Notes under the pieces: generated by a model
Databases searched by the model: none
What the model saw: only the letters and a program-made list of their open reading frames with translations
Told to the model about the DNA's origin: nothing
Assembly: GCA_022813965.1 (NCBI GenBank)
Contig: JALDZS010000008.1
Coordinates: 1-64,000, forward strand
Length of the DNA: 64,000 nucleotides
Direction of reading: 5' to 3'
Origin: Toensbergia leucococca
Taxonomy: Eukaryota
Translations under genes and position numbers: made by a program
In this document: positions 12,833 through 23,838 of the stretch, piece by piece
How positions within the stretch are numbered: position 1 is the stretch's first letter
How the letters are laid out: each line of letters starts with the position of its first letter

Positions 12833-13677
12833 GGACACCCCCCCCCGCCCCCCTCGGGCGCAATACCACGGAGGGAAAATCTATCATTTCACACCACATC
12901 TTGCCTCAATTTCTCACCACCTTTGCAAGTCATTTACTTGTTTCATTTGTGTGCCATCTAAAAATCAAATTACCTAGAAGAAAATTCATACTTTTGTATC
13001 ATATTCTGACTTGATTCCCTCACCTCTGAGCGCATGATCAATCTCTGAGCGCAAAAACCTATCTTCTTTCAAAATTATGAAATACCCTGTTGTTCACAGA
13101 AACTTCACCTCCTGTTCTCTGTCTATTTTCTCACTCTTCTCTAGATTCTCTAGATTCTCAGTCACCTCAGTCACCCCTCTGAAGACCTTGTTCTATCACC
13201 TTAAATTAAGACATATTAGAATGCTTTTCTGCTGCAGTGAAGGTGATAGATGACACTCAGAATCATGAGATGTAAGACATGCAAAGGTGATAGAGAATTG
13301 AGGCAAGAATGATAAGATTTTCTCAGTGATTTCATGCCTAAGCACTAGTTGAGGGTAAGGGGAAGGGAAGGTAGATGTAGTCAAAGGAGGCGTAGAATTA
13401 GCAGTACCCTTCGTGATTTTGAAAGGAGGAAGATAGCTCACAAAATCATGATGTTTTTGCACTCAGAGAGGGGGTGATCATGCGCTCAGGGGTGAAGGAA
13501 TTAAGCTAGGATGTGATACAAAAGTATGAGTTCTCTTCTAGATAATTTGACTTCTGAATGACGCACAAATAGAATAAGTAAATGACTTACAAAGGTGATG
13601 AGAAATCAAGGTGAGATGTGATGCAGAATGATAAAATTTCTCTCAGTGATATTGCGCTCAAGTGTAAGGGGGTGTTC
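12833..13677. mobile_element. Non-autonomous foldback/MITE-like element with ~260-bp degenerate inverted arms (12833-13090 and 13410-13677)
   Basis: Termini are GGACACCCC and GGGGTGTTC. The arms are reverse complements with many transitions. No TSD is visible. Confidence 0.75.
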
Positions 13678-13689
13678 ATCTATTTAAAA

Positions 13690-14280
13690 GAGGCATTTAT
13701 ATATCAGAAGTCTTAACTAAATGTCAATGTACATCATGATGTTGAGAATTGAACATTATTACAGTATATCTTCATTGAGATGTGATGTTAATGAATTGAT
13801 GATTTGAATTTCACAATGTTGCAGTAAGTGTCAGTTAGTCTTCTGTCATGAGAAGCATCTTTACTCGAATTACAATAAAGAATGCAGTGAAGACACTTTA
13901 AAAGAATTGCTTTGATAGAGAAATTGACATTAATATGTGAGTTACGGCTCTTAAGCATAAATTGTTAAAACTAACCTGACTGACTGATATGACAGATCTG
14001 ATAGGCAAAAGTTTGAGAAAGTCAAGGATTACATTGAGAAGATAAATAGCACCGCTGATGACTGAGAAAGAAAGTTAATATCAAGAAAAGGTATCAATGA
14101 TAGTTGAGGACAAGATAAGAAACTTAGTAGAAGGCGTCGTTTTTTTTTTGAGATCTTGAAAGATGCTTTTATATTCAAGAAAAGATCCGCAATGTGATAA
14201 CCTCTTCTGACAAAAGAAAATGCAACTTCTCAGATGAGAAAAAAATTGGATGATTTCAAACCTTACTTTGCGGAATTTGA
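13690..14280. other. AT-rich, heavily mutated repeat or gene relic
   Basis: Low GC with CC/GG/CG depleted and GA/TC enriched. No intact ORF. Confidence 0.5.
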
Positions 14281-14306
14281 AACCAAATCTCTCAAGAACC
14301 CCTAGC

Positions 14307-15308
14307 TCACAAGGAGGCATTCCTCCCCCCCAAGAACTGATGACAGTTCAAAATTTCCTGATTGCGAAAAACCCACCGCTGCAACGGCAGCATCATCTTC
14401 CTCCTTTCCAGTCTCCCAAACGGCGCCATCTCCTCCACAACATCCAAGCTCGACATCCTCTCCACCGGATCTTTATGAAGCACTCTCAGAATCCAGCGCG
14501 AGAGACCGTTGGAGTACTCGCTTGTCAAGGGCAACGGAAATCTAGCTTCCGCCCTGCAATTCCAAATATCCAGATTCTTCTGGGTGTTCTTCCAGTTTCG
14601 GGGCATGGAACTGATTGGAGGTTTCCCGTGAGCCAGAGCGTAGACGATGGCACCGAGAGACCAGACGTCGCCTTTTGGAGAGCAAAACGGTACTTCTGGA
14701 CCTTGCCATTCTGGAGTGCCGCATAGATCGAATGCCTTGTAGTCATCCTGTGGGGAAACCATTGCCATGCCGAAATCTCCCAGTTTCACGTCCGGATAGG
14801 GATTATCGTTGCAATCGTAGCCTCTTGGGAACTTGAGAAAGATGTTTTCTGGTTTGATGTCTCGATGTGTGATGACTGGCCAGGATAGATTATTGCGACT
14901 TGATCGTCGGAGAGAGCCGAGACGACCATGATGGATGTATGCCAGGGCTTCGGCAAGTTGAACAAATATGTGCCAGATAAAAGCCTCGGGAATATACGTC
15001 TTTTTCTTTCCGAACTTGACCATCACTTCAAACAGATCGCCGGCATCGCAGTGCTCGTAGAAGACATACGAAGCTGTAAGGCTGCTCTTTACACCGAAAA
15101 GCTCAACAATGCGATGGTGCTGGGGAAGAAGGGCATGAACTCGCACTTCGGTAACTGGAGTCCTGACCCCTAATCCACCACGGCGTTTGATGATCTTCAG
15201 CACTAGTAATTTGTTATCCTCTTTCCGACGCACCAGATAGCATTTACCTTGGCCGCCTTCCCCAATGCTTCGAATGCGTTGGAAGTAGGTCGAAATGCTT
15301 ACCGTCAT
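14307..15308 (-). CDS. Ser/Thr protein kinase, NIMA/NEK-like, 333 aa, intronless
   Basis: Motifs GEGGQG, LVLK, EHCDAGDL, IPEAFIWHIFVQLAEALAYIH, HRDIKPENI, KLGDFG, GTPEWQGPE and DVWSLG. Confidence 0.9.
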   Translation of the reverse strand: MTVSISTYFQRIRSIGEGGQGKCYLVRRKEDNKLLVLKIIKRRGGLGVRTPVTEVRVHALLPQHHRIVELFGVKSSLTASYVFYEHCDAGDLFEVMVKFGKKKTYIPEAFIWHIFVQLAEALAYIHHGRLGSLRRSSRNNLSWPVITHRDIKPENIFLKFPRGYDCNDNPYPDVKLGDFGMAMVSPQDDYKAFDLCGTPEWQGPEVPFCSPKGDVWSLGAIVYALAHGKPPISSMPRNWKNTQKNLDIWNCRAEARFPLPLTSEYSNGLSRWILRVLHKDPVERMSSLDVVEEMAPFGRLERRKMMLPLQRWVFRNQEILNCHQFLGGRNASL

Positions 15309-16652
15309 CCCTGTTACAGGATCGATGCCGTTTGTCGTTTTCGTTGATTAGGTATATTATATATAGAACCTATAATATAAGAGTTCAGGCTGAACTTGTC
15401 AAATGGCGGTAGCAAGATGGAGAATAGTAAAGATGTCATACAAGAAGCCTTGATATATAGCAACGCCATCCAAGACACGCTGACTGACGAACAAGTGGAA
15501 CAATGCATGCTCGGGCAAACACTCTTTGTTGATAAGCTATTTCTTTATCGAACGACAAGGAAAAGGAACAGAGCTATTGTTCAGAAACAAATGATCAGAC
15601 AGGGAAATAGAGACAACCCCTTTTCTAGAAGGGAGGTGAGTCTGTTCAAATTCAAAGGGGCTGGAACTGTCTGAGCATAGCGTGAGTCAAGATAGCAGAG
15701 ACTTGATGAAGACAAGGGCATTGGTTCGTATGGGATATGAATCCTTGAGTAGTAAATGCTATGTAGACTACACTCGACCAAGTAATGGGGCACATCACGT
15801 ATAGAGACATCTCTAACCCGATGATATTATTGAATTTGGTGTGATTCGTGAGACAATTTTAAGACTTGAGGTCGGAAGAAATGCGTTGATGGTCCAAATC
15901 GCACGCCGAATTCGGCTTAGAATATCGATTTCGTCAACCTCTCCAGTCTCCACTAGGGTTCTACAAAGCATTCATGCAGTATGTTTAGCCAGCCTACAGG
16001 GTATTGCAGAGTATTACAAGGCGTTCCAAAAGTCAGAATACTTGTGCCTCAGGTGGTATAAAATCGAAAGTATCCACCCCTGCAGATTAACCTTAGTTTT
16101 CAAGCAAATTCTCCACCTCGAGGCAAAACATCAATTTCCTCCCCTACTCCCATTGCCTACAATCATATCGATGGGTAATTAGGGGGACACCACTGATAGT
16201 AAGCAGACAAACTCACTTTCATACAAGTAAACTTATACATACAGTATGTTTGTTCATAAAATGAGGCCTACTCTTCACTAGCTCTCTCTCTCTCTCTCTT
16301 TTTCCGTCTCTTATTACTCGCCACTTAATGTCAGAGTTCCTGCTCTCTTCATTGTTTGTCTCGTTGAGTTACTGTAGATAGAGACATATAGAAAGTGGGA
16401 GAGACTTCTTTATTGTACAGTCTCTACCTTTGACCCTCACAAAGATCATACCGCTTTGTTCACCCGTCAATAGCATTGTTTCTCTTTGTCCAGACCAGTC
16501 ACAGATCATTCTCGTCGGTCTTCTCAGCACTATATAACTCTCGTCATCTCTTTACTTTCTTAATTTATTCCCTAAACAGAACATTTTCTCTCCAACCTGT
16601 CAGCCATAAGCACAGCAACCCACCAAGTTTACTCGATCAAATAGCAATCGAC

Positions 16653-18056
16653 ATGTCTCGAATTTTGAACTTTGACAACATCGGCTTCCGCCTCGAGTTC
16701 GAGTTCATGTTTTTGATCGAGACTGACACCTTTCAGGCCTGGATGACGACTGAGAGTTCCATCTTTCCAAGGGATACCTCGACGTCGGTATCTAGCCCAC
16801 AATGGAAACGCTCATTCCTCGACTATGTCGCTCGCCAAATGACTCGCTATCGTTTGGGAGAGCTAGAGAATAGACCGGACACCATCAAGGTTGATGTGCC
16901 AATCGATAGGGAAGACCTTGACATATCCAAATGGAACCTTCTAGAAGCAGCTAATATTCACTATCAGGAGGAGCCTGGCACTAGTCCTCATTTCACAACA
17001 CCCAATGGCGAGAGGGTCGACTCGGATCGGGGGCTTGCAATCGAGCTCGTAAGCCCTTTCTTCAAACTAAGCGACTGGAATTCTGCCACTGCTGAAATCG
17101 GACGCGTACTAACTAGACTAATAGGTTCTGAAGAAGACTATCCCGGCACTAATTGGGGATGGTTCCAGCGAGGTCCTGGCAATCAGTCCAAAGCATGGAC
17201 TGACGATACTTGCAGTCTCCGTGTCCAGATATGCTCCACCGAAGAACATGAGTACTTCACTTTGCGAACTCTCCAAGAGTTGGTGAGTCTTTGGGGAATT
17301 TCCGAAGAGGCACTGAAAGAATTCGGGCCTTTGCAACATAATCTCGATGTACTGAACGCTCGGAGCCTTTGGCACAACATACCCGCTGGACTCTCTAGAA
17401 AGGAGTTCCAGAACATAGTTCACTCAACAAAGAACGTCAAAGAGCTGCAGGACATTATCCACCACATTAATGGGCAGAGCTTGTCAAAGATCCGGTTCAC
17501 TACCATGAAATGCTGGTTGATAGACCGAGTCAACCGAGTCTGCGTTATTGAATTTACCGAACATGTCGGGACCTTGGACATTGAGGATGTTGCATTCTGG
17601 GCCGGCTTTACGGTGGAGATACTGAGGATCTGTCAGCAAATGGCAGATGACAATACTCGGTTCATGGACAAGGGCCCACAAGGAAGGTTCGGGTTCATGG
17701 ATCTCTTGGAATGGCTTCAGCCATCTGAAGAGTCAAGAAGGTACTGCTCCGAGAGACTCGTACGAGAGGTATTCTCTCGCACGATCCCCTCTTTATCTGA
17801 GAGCTCTACTCTCTTCGCATCGATGACTGAGCTTTTATTAACGGATGATACGTTCGATCAGGAATTCGAAGATTTGGAAAACTCATGGGATTCAGAGGAG
17901 GAGGAAAATTCATGGCACTGCCACCACCACCTGCACTTCGACTCTACACAGTATGAGAGCAGTACGACTTCGGTCTCAGAACATCATGGGAAGAGAGTGA
18001 TAATGGGGTTTGACACGTATCATGGCGGCTATTTACTACCAAGTTTCGTATACTGA
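16653..18056 (+). CDS. Amidoligase_2 (COOH-NH2 ligase-like) family protein with divergent active-site motifs
   Basis: IGFRLEFEF, IELVSP, DTCSLRVQI and IEFTEHVGTLD occur in the order of the family motifs GxExE, ElvSP, TCGLHVH and EFRQHxGT. The likely start is ATG 16653. Confidence 0.75.
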   Translation: MSRILNFDNIGFRLEFEFMFLIETDTFQAWMTTESSIFPRDTSTSVSSPQWKRSFLDYVARQMTRYRLGELENRPDTIKVDVPIDREDLDISKWNLLEAANIHYQEEPGTSPHFTTPNGERVDSDRGLAIELVSPFFKLSDWNSATAEIGRVLTRLIGSEEDYPGTNWGWFQRGPGNQSKAWTDDTCSLRVQICSTEEHEYFTLRTLQELVSLWGISEEALKEFGPLQHNLDVLNARSLWHNIPAGLSRKEFQNIVHSTKNVKELQDIIHHINGQSLSKIRFTTMKCWLIDRVNRVCVIEFTEHVGTLDIEDVAFWAGFTVEILRICQQMADDNTRFMDKGPQGRFGFMDLLEWLQPSEESRRYCSERLVREVFSRTIPSLSESSTLFASMTELLLTDDTFDQEFEDLENSWDSEEEENSWHCHHHLHFDSTQYESSTTSVSEHHGKRVIMGFDTYHGGYLLPSFVY

Positions 18057-18332
18057 TCTTACTGCGTGCGTGCATGTTGATTTTAGATAGAAAGAACATC
18101 TTCTCCCCCAACGTATCTGCTCCAATGTATCTGCTCTGTGCTTTGATATTGTGACGGTTTGAGACGGGAATGAATTAAGTAACCTCAATTAAATCTTCTT
18201 GTTCCTGCTTGAAGTAGTAATATGATGAGAAGAAAAGATGAAAGTTAGCACTCACTCTTTTCTTTCTCCCTCGACCTAAAATTTGGATTCATAGTATCCA
18301 GATCATTCACTCCATAGGTATCCAAAGTGCTC

Positions 18333-18368
18333 TTTCCACTTTCCACTTTCCACTTCCCACTTTCCACT
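18333..18368. repeat. 7-bp tandem repeat (TTTCCAC) x5
   Basis: Read directly. Confidence 0.85.
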
Positions 18369-18727
18369 CTCCTCGCCTCACTTTCTTTCGCTCTACTCAC
18401 CCCATTCCTCCACCCGTACCTTTCCACACATCTTCGACCATGCTCCATCTTTAATCCATCTACTTTCCTACTACCCTTCAACACTTCTCCAACACCTCCA
18501 TCCACATTCCTAAATCTTCGCCCACACAACATACCTTCCTTACACAATTCCTCATCTCAAAACGCTCACCAACAACCTCATCCTAAAAAAACCATAAGTA
18601 CCCTCATACCAAAACCACACAACCTCACAACCACCCTCACAAAAATTAAACATACCAAGAAAACATACCAACCAACCTACAATCTTCCTCTGAAAAACAA
18701 AAAAAAAGACAAGCAAAGTCATCCAAA

Positions 18728-19666
18728 ATGGTGAAAGTAGTACGTCTCAACTTCTTCCAAAAACCTCGTTCAACTCACCCAGCTAACCAACTGGGTGCAG
18801 AACTGGACTCCCGAGAATGATAGAAAGGTATACCTACACCTTTATTCGCTGTGCTTACAAAGACTCCCTTCTCCCACAACCCAACAATATCATTAAAAGA
18901 AAACTGACTACCTCTCCCACATAAAAGCTCCTCCTCAATCTCATGGCGCCATACTCCAAAGACATCGACTTGGTCGCCTTGAGTGCCCTCTTCCCAGGTA
19001 CCTATCTCCCATCCAACCATCCTCACCTTCCCTTCATTCCTCCACAGCCTTCTTTTGCTGTATCTCCTTTCTTTCCCACATCCACACCATCCGCCATCTC
19101 CTCTATGCAACCGTAGCTTTTACCCACCTCTTTCCACCTGGCATTCTCCTCACTATGTTCCCTCTCTCCTCCTTTCCCCCCCTCTCTCACTCTCACCCTC
19201 TTCCGTTCCTATCAAACCTCCTAACCCCACAACCCCCACTGACACCCCAACCCAAGGCTCCACCCCAAAAGCAATCGAAGAGCACATCGCCAAGCTCCGC
19301 CGCGAAAAAAAAGCTTCCCAATCCCAACCCATGACCACGACCACCAAATCCCACTCCCCGTCTTTCGCCACCTCCGACCCGGACGCTCTCATCCCCTCCA
19401 TCGAAGCATCCCCCCCACCACCAGCCCCAAAGGTCCCTAAGAAACAACGTGCTAAATCTGCCGTTACGGGCGAAGTGCTGAAGATGGAGGCGGCGCCGGT
19501 GGCGAAGAAGCGGGGTAGGGAGCCAAAGGCGAAGGTGGTTAAGGAAGAAGGGGGGAGGAAGAAGAAGATTAAGACTGAGGTTGGGGAGGGGGAGAAGGGG
19601 AAGAAGAAGCTTAAGACTGAGGGGGAGGACGGGGAGGAGGGGGAGGGTGGTGAGGATTTTGAGTGA
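18728..19666 (+). CDS. Small fungal Myb/SANT-like protein with basic AT-hook-like tail (paralog 3); exons 18728-18739, 18801-18827, 18928-18997, 19257-19666
   Basis: Spliced product MVKV|NWTPENDRK|LLLNLMAPYSKDIDLVALSALFP|GSTPKAIEEHIAKLRRE...KKRGREPK. All three introns are GT-AG with CTAAC/CTGAC branch sites. Confidence 0.8.
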
Positions 19667-20395
19667 GATGGGAGTGGGGATGGTGGCGCGAGAGGTGGGT
19701 GGGAGGTTGGGGTTTCTGGATAGGGGAGTTGATTTGAGGGGTTGAGGGGGGTGGTGTTGGAAGCGAGTTGGGTGTGGACAGCTTGAATAGGTAGTTGTGT
19801 TTTATGATGCGTGTGGATGGAGAATTGAGAAATTTTTGTTGATACTTTGGAGTTTGGAATGGTGCAAATAATTTTTTTTTGATAAAGGTGGGAGTGTGGT
19901 TGGGGTTTTTCTTTGGTCTGTTGCTTGTGTAGGAGGCTGGACGAGATGGAAATTTCGAGCTTGTGTAAAAGTCATGTCGGGGAGCAAAAAGACATGGACT
20001 GATTGTTTTCCTACCTATGCATCGTTGCGCCCGCCTACCTAATCGGATACTAGGTCTCCCCCCCCCCCAAAAAAAACCAGCAATAGATTGACGATATCTG
20101 GAAACCCAGTGATGAACAGTTGATTTATTTTGCATCGAAGCTCAACTTACTCTACTTCCATATGGCCAGGGGAACTTTGGAAAAAAATGCCAAAAGGACA
20201 CCACCTCATCAAGAGATCCAGTTGCAAGGGGGAAATACCGCGCAAAAAAAAGAAAGAAAAAAAAGAAAGAGTTCACAAACTCACGATGCCACTTACCAAA
20301 CCCCGACCTACCCATCCCCGCAGGCTATGCTATGCAACCACCCGTGATCCAAGAAGAAAACGCCGAGACCATGCGGCCGAACCCCCCTACAAATT

Positions 20396-21718
20396 CTACT
20401 TACCCCCATCCTTCAACGTCCGTCCCCCACTAAGCTTCTTTCCCTCGTCTTCCTTTGCCTTCTCACCCTCCTTTCCCTTCCCCTTAGCCTTTGCCTCCTC
20501 AGCCACATCACCTTTCCTCTTCACGCCCCCTCGAAGCGTCTGCCCCTGCCCCTGAAACATGGGTTTCGTATCCACACCTTCTTGCTTGCCCTCGCCCGTT
20601 TTCCGCACCGGCTTAAGCTCGTAGCCAAAGAAGAGTTTTCCGGGTTGTAAACGGAGGGGTTGGGGGCCATTGGCGCGGCGGATTATGGGGGTTTGGGGTG
20701 GGTTGGTGGAGGTTCCTGCCATGGGGGTGGAGGCTTTGGGGGTTGGGGCTTTGGAGCCTTTCTTTGCGTTGAGTTTTTGGCCGCCCAGGAGAAAATTGGA
20801 CGAAATGGCTTTGGCGCCGGCAATTGCGGATGTGGAGGTGGGGGCGATGGAGGAGTAATTAATGGCTTGCGCCATGGTGCCTTGATTGTGGAGGGTGCCG
20901 CCTGCTGGTAAGCCTCCCGTGATGCTGCGTGGGGTGCTTGTACCGCTAGGTCTCTTTGGCTCTTCATAGCCGACTGGGGCCGCGAAATCGACTTCCAAAT
21001 CTGTTTCGAGGACGCCGATGGCATTTTTGGAGGTTTCGGGCTTTGTTTCCAGCACAGCCATTTCGTAGGTTTGATCATTGTAGGCAAAAGTGAAGACGTC
21101 GCCTTTGGTTAGGCAGGAGAAGTTACGGAAAGCGTTCTCGAGGACGGCTTTCGGGTCGGAGATGTCGAGGAAGGCGGTTGATTGGGCTTGAAGTTTGACG
21201 AATTGGCCTGGGGGAAGGTCCGTGGATTTGATTTGGAGGAGGTCGCCCGGTTCGAGGAGAAGGGTTTGCATGGTCTATTGGCGCTCAAGTTAGCGTGCGT
21301 GCTGTAGAACGTAGAAGACTATTCGGCAGCCAAACCCAGAACGGGAGATAAATCTTGCCCTCCTCGGCAATAAATTCCAATACACCACCGTGGGTCATAC
21401 GCTCTTTGTTCCCGTTGATGAGCTCGAAAAGCATAGGGTAAGTGATGTGTAGCCTGGTGAGCTTATCGAGAGCGCTAGGTGGCATGATGACTTTGCCTCC
21501 ATGGTTGACGTTTTCACGTTCAGGGCCTGGGAGCATGGCGACTGGGTAGCAGCGATAGTACTCGTCGAAGCGTTTGGGGGCGGTCATGCCGGCTCGCCGG
21601 AGCATGCCTTGTGGATACATCCCCCCCATCATTTGGTCGTCTTCGTAATAGCCTGGTGTGAACTGCAATTTACCTTTAGCATGGATCTTAGTATCCGAGT
21701 ATCAGACGTGCTTGCCAT
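20396..21718 (-). CDS. UFD1: Ubiquitin fusion degradation protein Ufd1; exons 21718-21716, 21662-21336, 21274-20396
   Basis: Motifs RFDEYYRCYP, GGKVIMPPSALDKL, THGGVLEFIAEEG, FLDISDPKAVLENA, ETDLEVDFAAPVGY and the SHP-like FQGQGQTL. The first intron is GC-AG (inferred). Confidence 0.95.
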
Positions 21719-21959
21719 CGTTAGAACAAGTAGAAGCCCGGCGAAGCTTGAGGGCTCCTAGATGTGTTGTGACTGTTCGAAGGGTTTTTCGGACGAGTCC
21801 AGGGTGGCGCAGAATTCACGAAATAGGTGTAGATATTAGGTGTTGAATCAGTGGAAGTAGAAGCTAAATGACGTCGTACGGTGAACAAGGCTACTGAGGC
21901 TGCCTACTGTGCTGACCCGGCCAACGTAGAAGAAAGCTGAATTTTACCAAGCAAAAAGG

Positions 21960-22440
21960 GGAAAGGTTCTTGCATTTTCAACCTCTCACATCTTATCTAC
22001 AATGAATGACAATCACCTCCTTCACAATCATCACTAATGAGAGTGTTACAAAACTGCAAACGCATCCTGCTTCTCAAGTCTCACTGATCTATCTCAAATC
22101 TTCAGACACTCATCAGTACTTATCTTAATCAGCCCCCCTTTTCCTGATTCTATTGACTTCACCAATGTTGAAAACATAAATCATACTCACATAAGTGAGC
22201 TAAACAAGCATTTACATACTGCAAGTATTAGATTCAAGAGACTTGACGTGCTTTACAGCTGTGAGCTGTCTTTCACCATTTACAGACATTCTTTTCACAT
22301 TCTCCTTCCTAATCACGTGCGTCATCCCAATGCTCTCATCAAGACCACATGATTGGAGTTTTCAGAAAGGTTTGGCTACAAGAAAATAAATGTACTGGCT
22401 TTGAGAGCTATTTGGATATCAGAACGATCTAACTCTTGAA
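21960..22440. other. AT-rich mutated repeat relic
   Basis: Rich in TCA/CTC, depleted in CC/CG, no ORF. Same signature as the other relics. Confidence 0.45.
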
Positions 22441-22597
22441 GCTATTGACTTGCCATACTATCGTCCATTTGTTCGCTCATTTTCTCTTTGTAAGTGTCGC
22501 AACGAAGATTACATGCAAAAGACTAAGCTAATATTTTAATAAATCTGTGGTCTTATTCGGATCGCCTTCTGTGTACTGCGTGCATAATTCTTAAACC

Positions 22598-23838
22598 TTA
22601 GAATCCATTCGCAGCTAGAAAAGCATGATACTTCTGGAAGGATTCCTGCGCCGAATAGTGGAGACTGATCATATGGCCTGTTCCAACGGGAATGAAGTAT
22701 TGGCAAGTCGACGCTTTGGGGAACAAGGCGCAGGCCTGCGCCTGCGGCGAATTTGGCCCATCTCCACATGCTGCAGCAAGACAGAAGACATCGTCGCTGT
22801 CACCCGTGATGATGTATACGGGCGCCGTAGAGTTGGGCGCCAGTTTCAAGCCGCCGGCAATAGAGAGGAGTTCGCCAAGGCCCACGTCATCTTCGTTGTT
22901 GAAATCGGTTTCGAAAACAGACTCGTTGAATGAGCCAGGTTTGCCCCAAAGATAGCTGCGGCGACCAGACTCGGAGGAAAACGCGAGGTAGCCGGGAGGG
23001 AAGCCAGCAAAGCGTGGGGCGTAAAGTTCAGCAGAGATAGGAACAACTTGGGGCAGGCCGGCGGCAACGGGGATAGCGGAAACACCAAATCCAGTCAAGA
23101 TGAAGGCAGCGATGTCACCGGGGTGGTTCGTGGCTTGGGCGTTTCCGAGAACGGAGCCGTAGGAGTGACCGACGAAGATGACTTTGTTGAATTTTCGGTC
23201 TCCAACTGTGTTAGTCTATCTAATCCTTCGAGAGCAGTGGCTAAGACTATGAACACACCTGGTACTGCGGTGCCTGCTTTCAGCATCAATACAAGCTCAT
23301 GCGAAACGGCTTCTTCGAGGGGGACCTGCAGCTGCAAGATGGGATCTGGATGGGCGGAGTTGCCAACACCAATCCGGTCAATAGCCAAAACATGGTAGCC
23401 CTGACTCGATGCGTAGGCGATTGTTGAATACTCATCGCCGTCAATTCCTTGAGGGTAGCCTAGTCCAGACCAGTATAACTTGTTCTCAGTAACGCCGGAC
23501 ATGAAGAATTGGATGATATGAGTGCGGTTCGCAATTTTGACTGTGGGTTTGCAGTACCGTGCACTGATGACGCCGGTGAATGTCGTAGGAACCACGGGGT
23601 ACACTGTATCTGCATTGCCAATGACCGTTTGAACCAGAGCATCAGTTGCGGCAGCACTGAAGTTGAAGCCGGTTGGGATGGGGAAAACCTCGTTTGAAGC
23701 TTCAGCCGTAAGAGGGATTGTCAAGACAGTGCAATTGGGATTGGCGGCACACAAAAGTGGACCAAGGAATGCGAGCATCGAGATAAGCGTCATTCCGAGG
23801 GAAATTCTCGAGGAAGAAACGGTACAAGACGGAGGCAT
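22598..23838 (-). CDS. Secreted alpha/beta hydrolase, 2 exons
   Basis: Hydrophobic N-terminus and AIDRIGVGNSAHPDP. After an intron at ~23207-23259 it reads KVIFVGHSYGS (nucleophile elbow), then ITGDSDDVFC and GTGHMISLH. Confidence 0.85.

Noticed and set aside
3790..13690. Target-site duplication for the putative composite element (TGCTATTG vs ATCTATTT)
   Set aside because: Only 5 of 8 bases match in AT-rich sequence.
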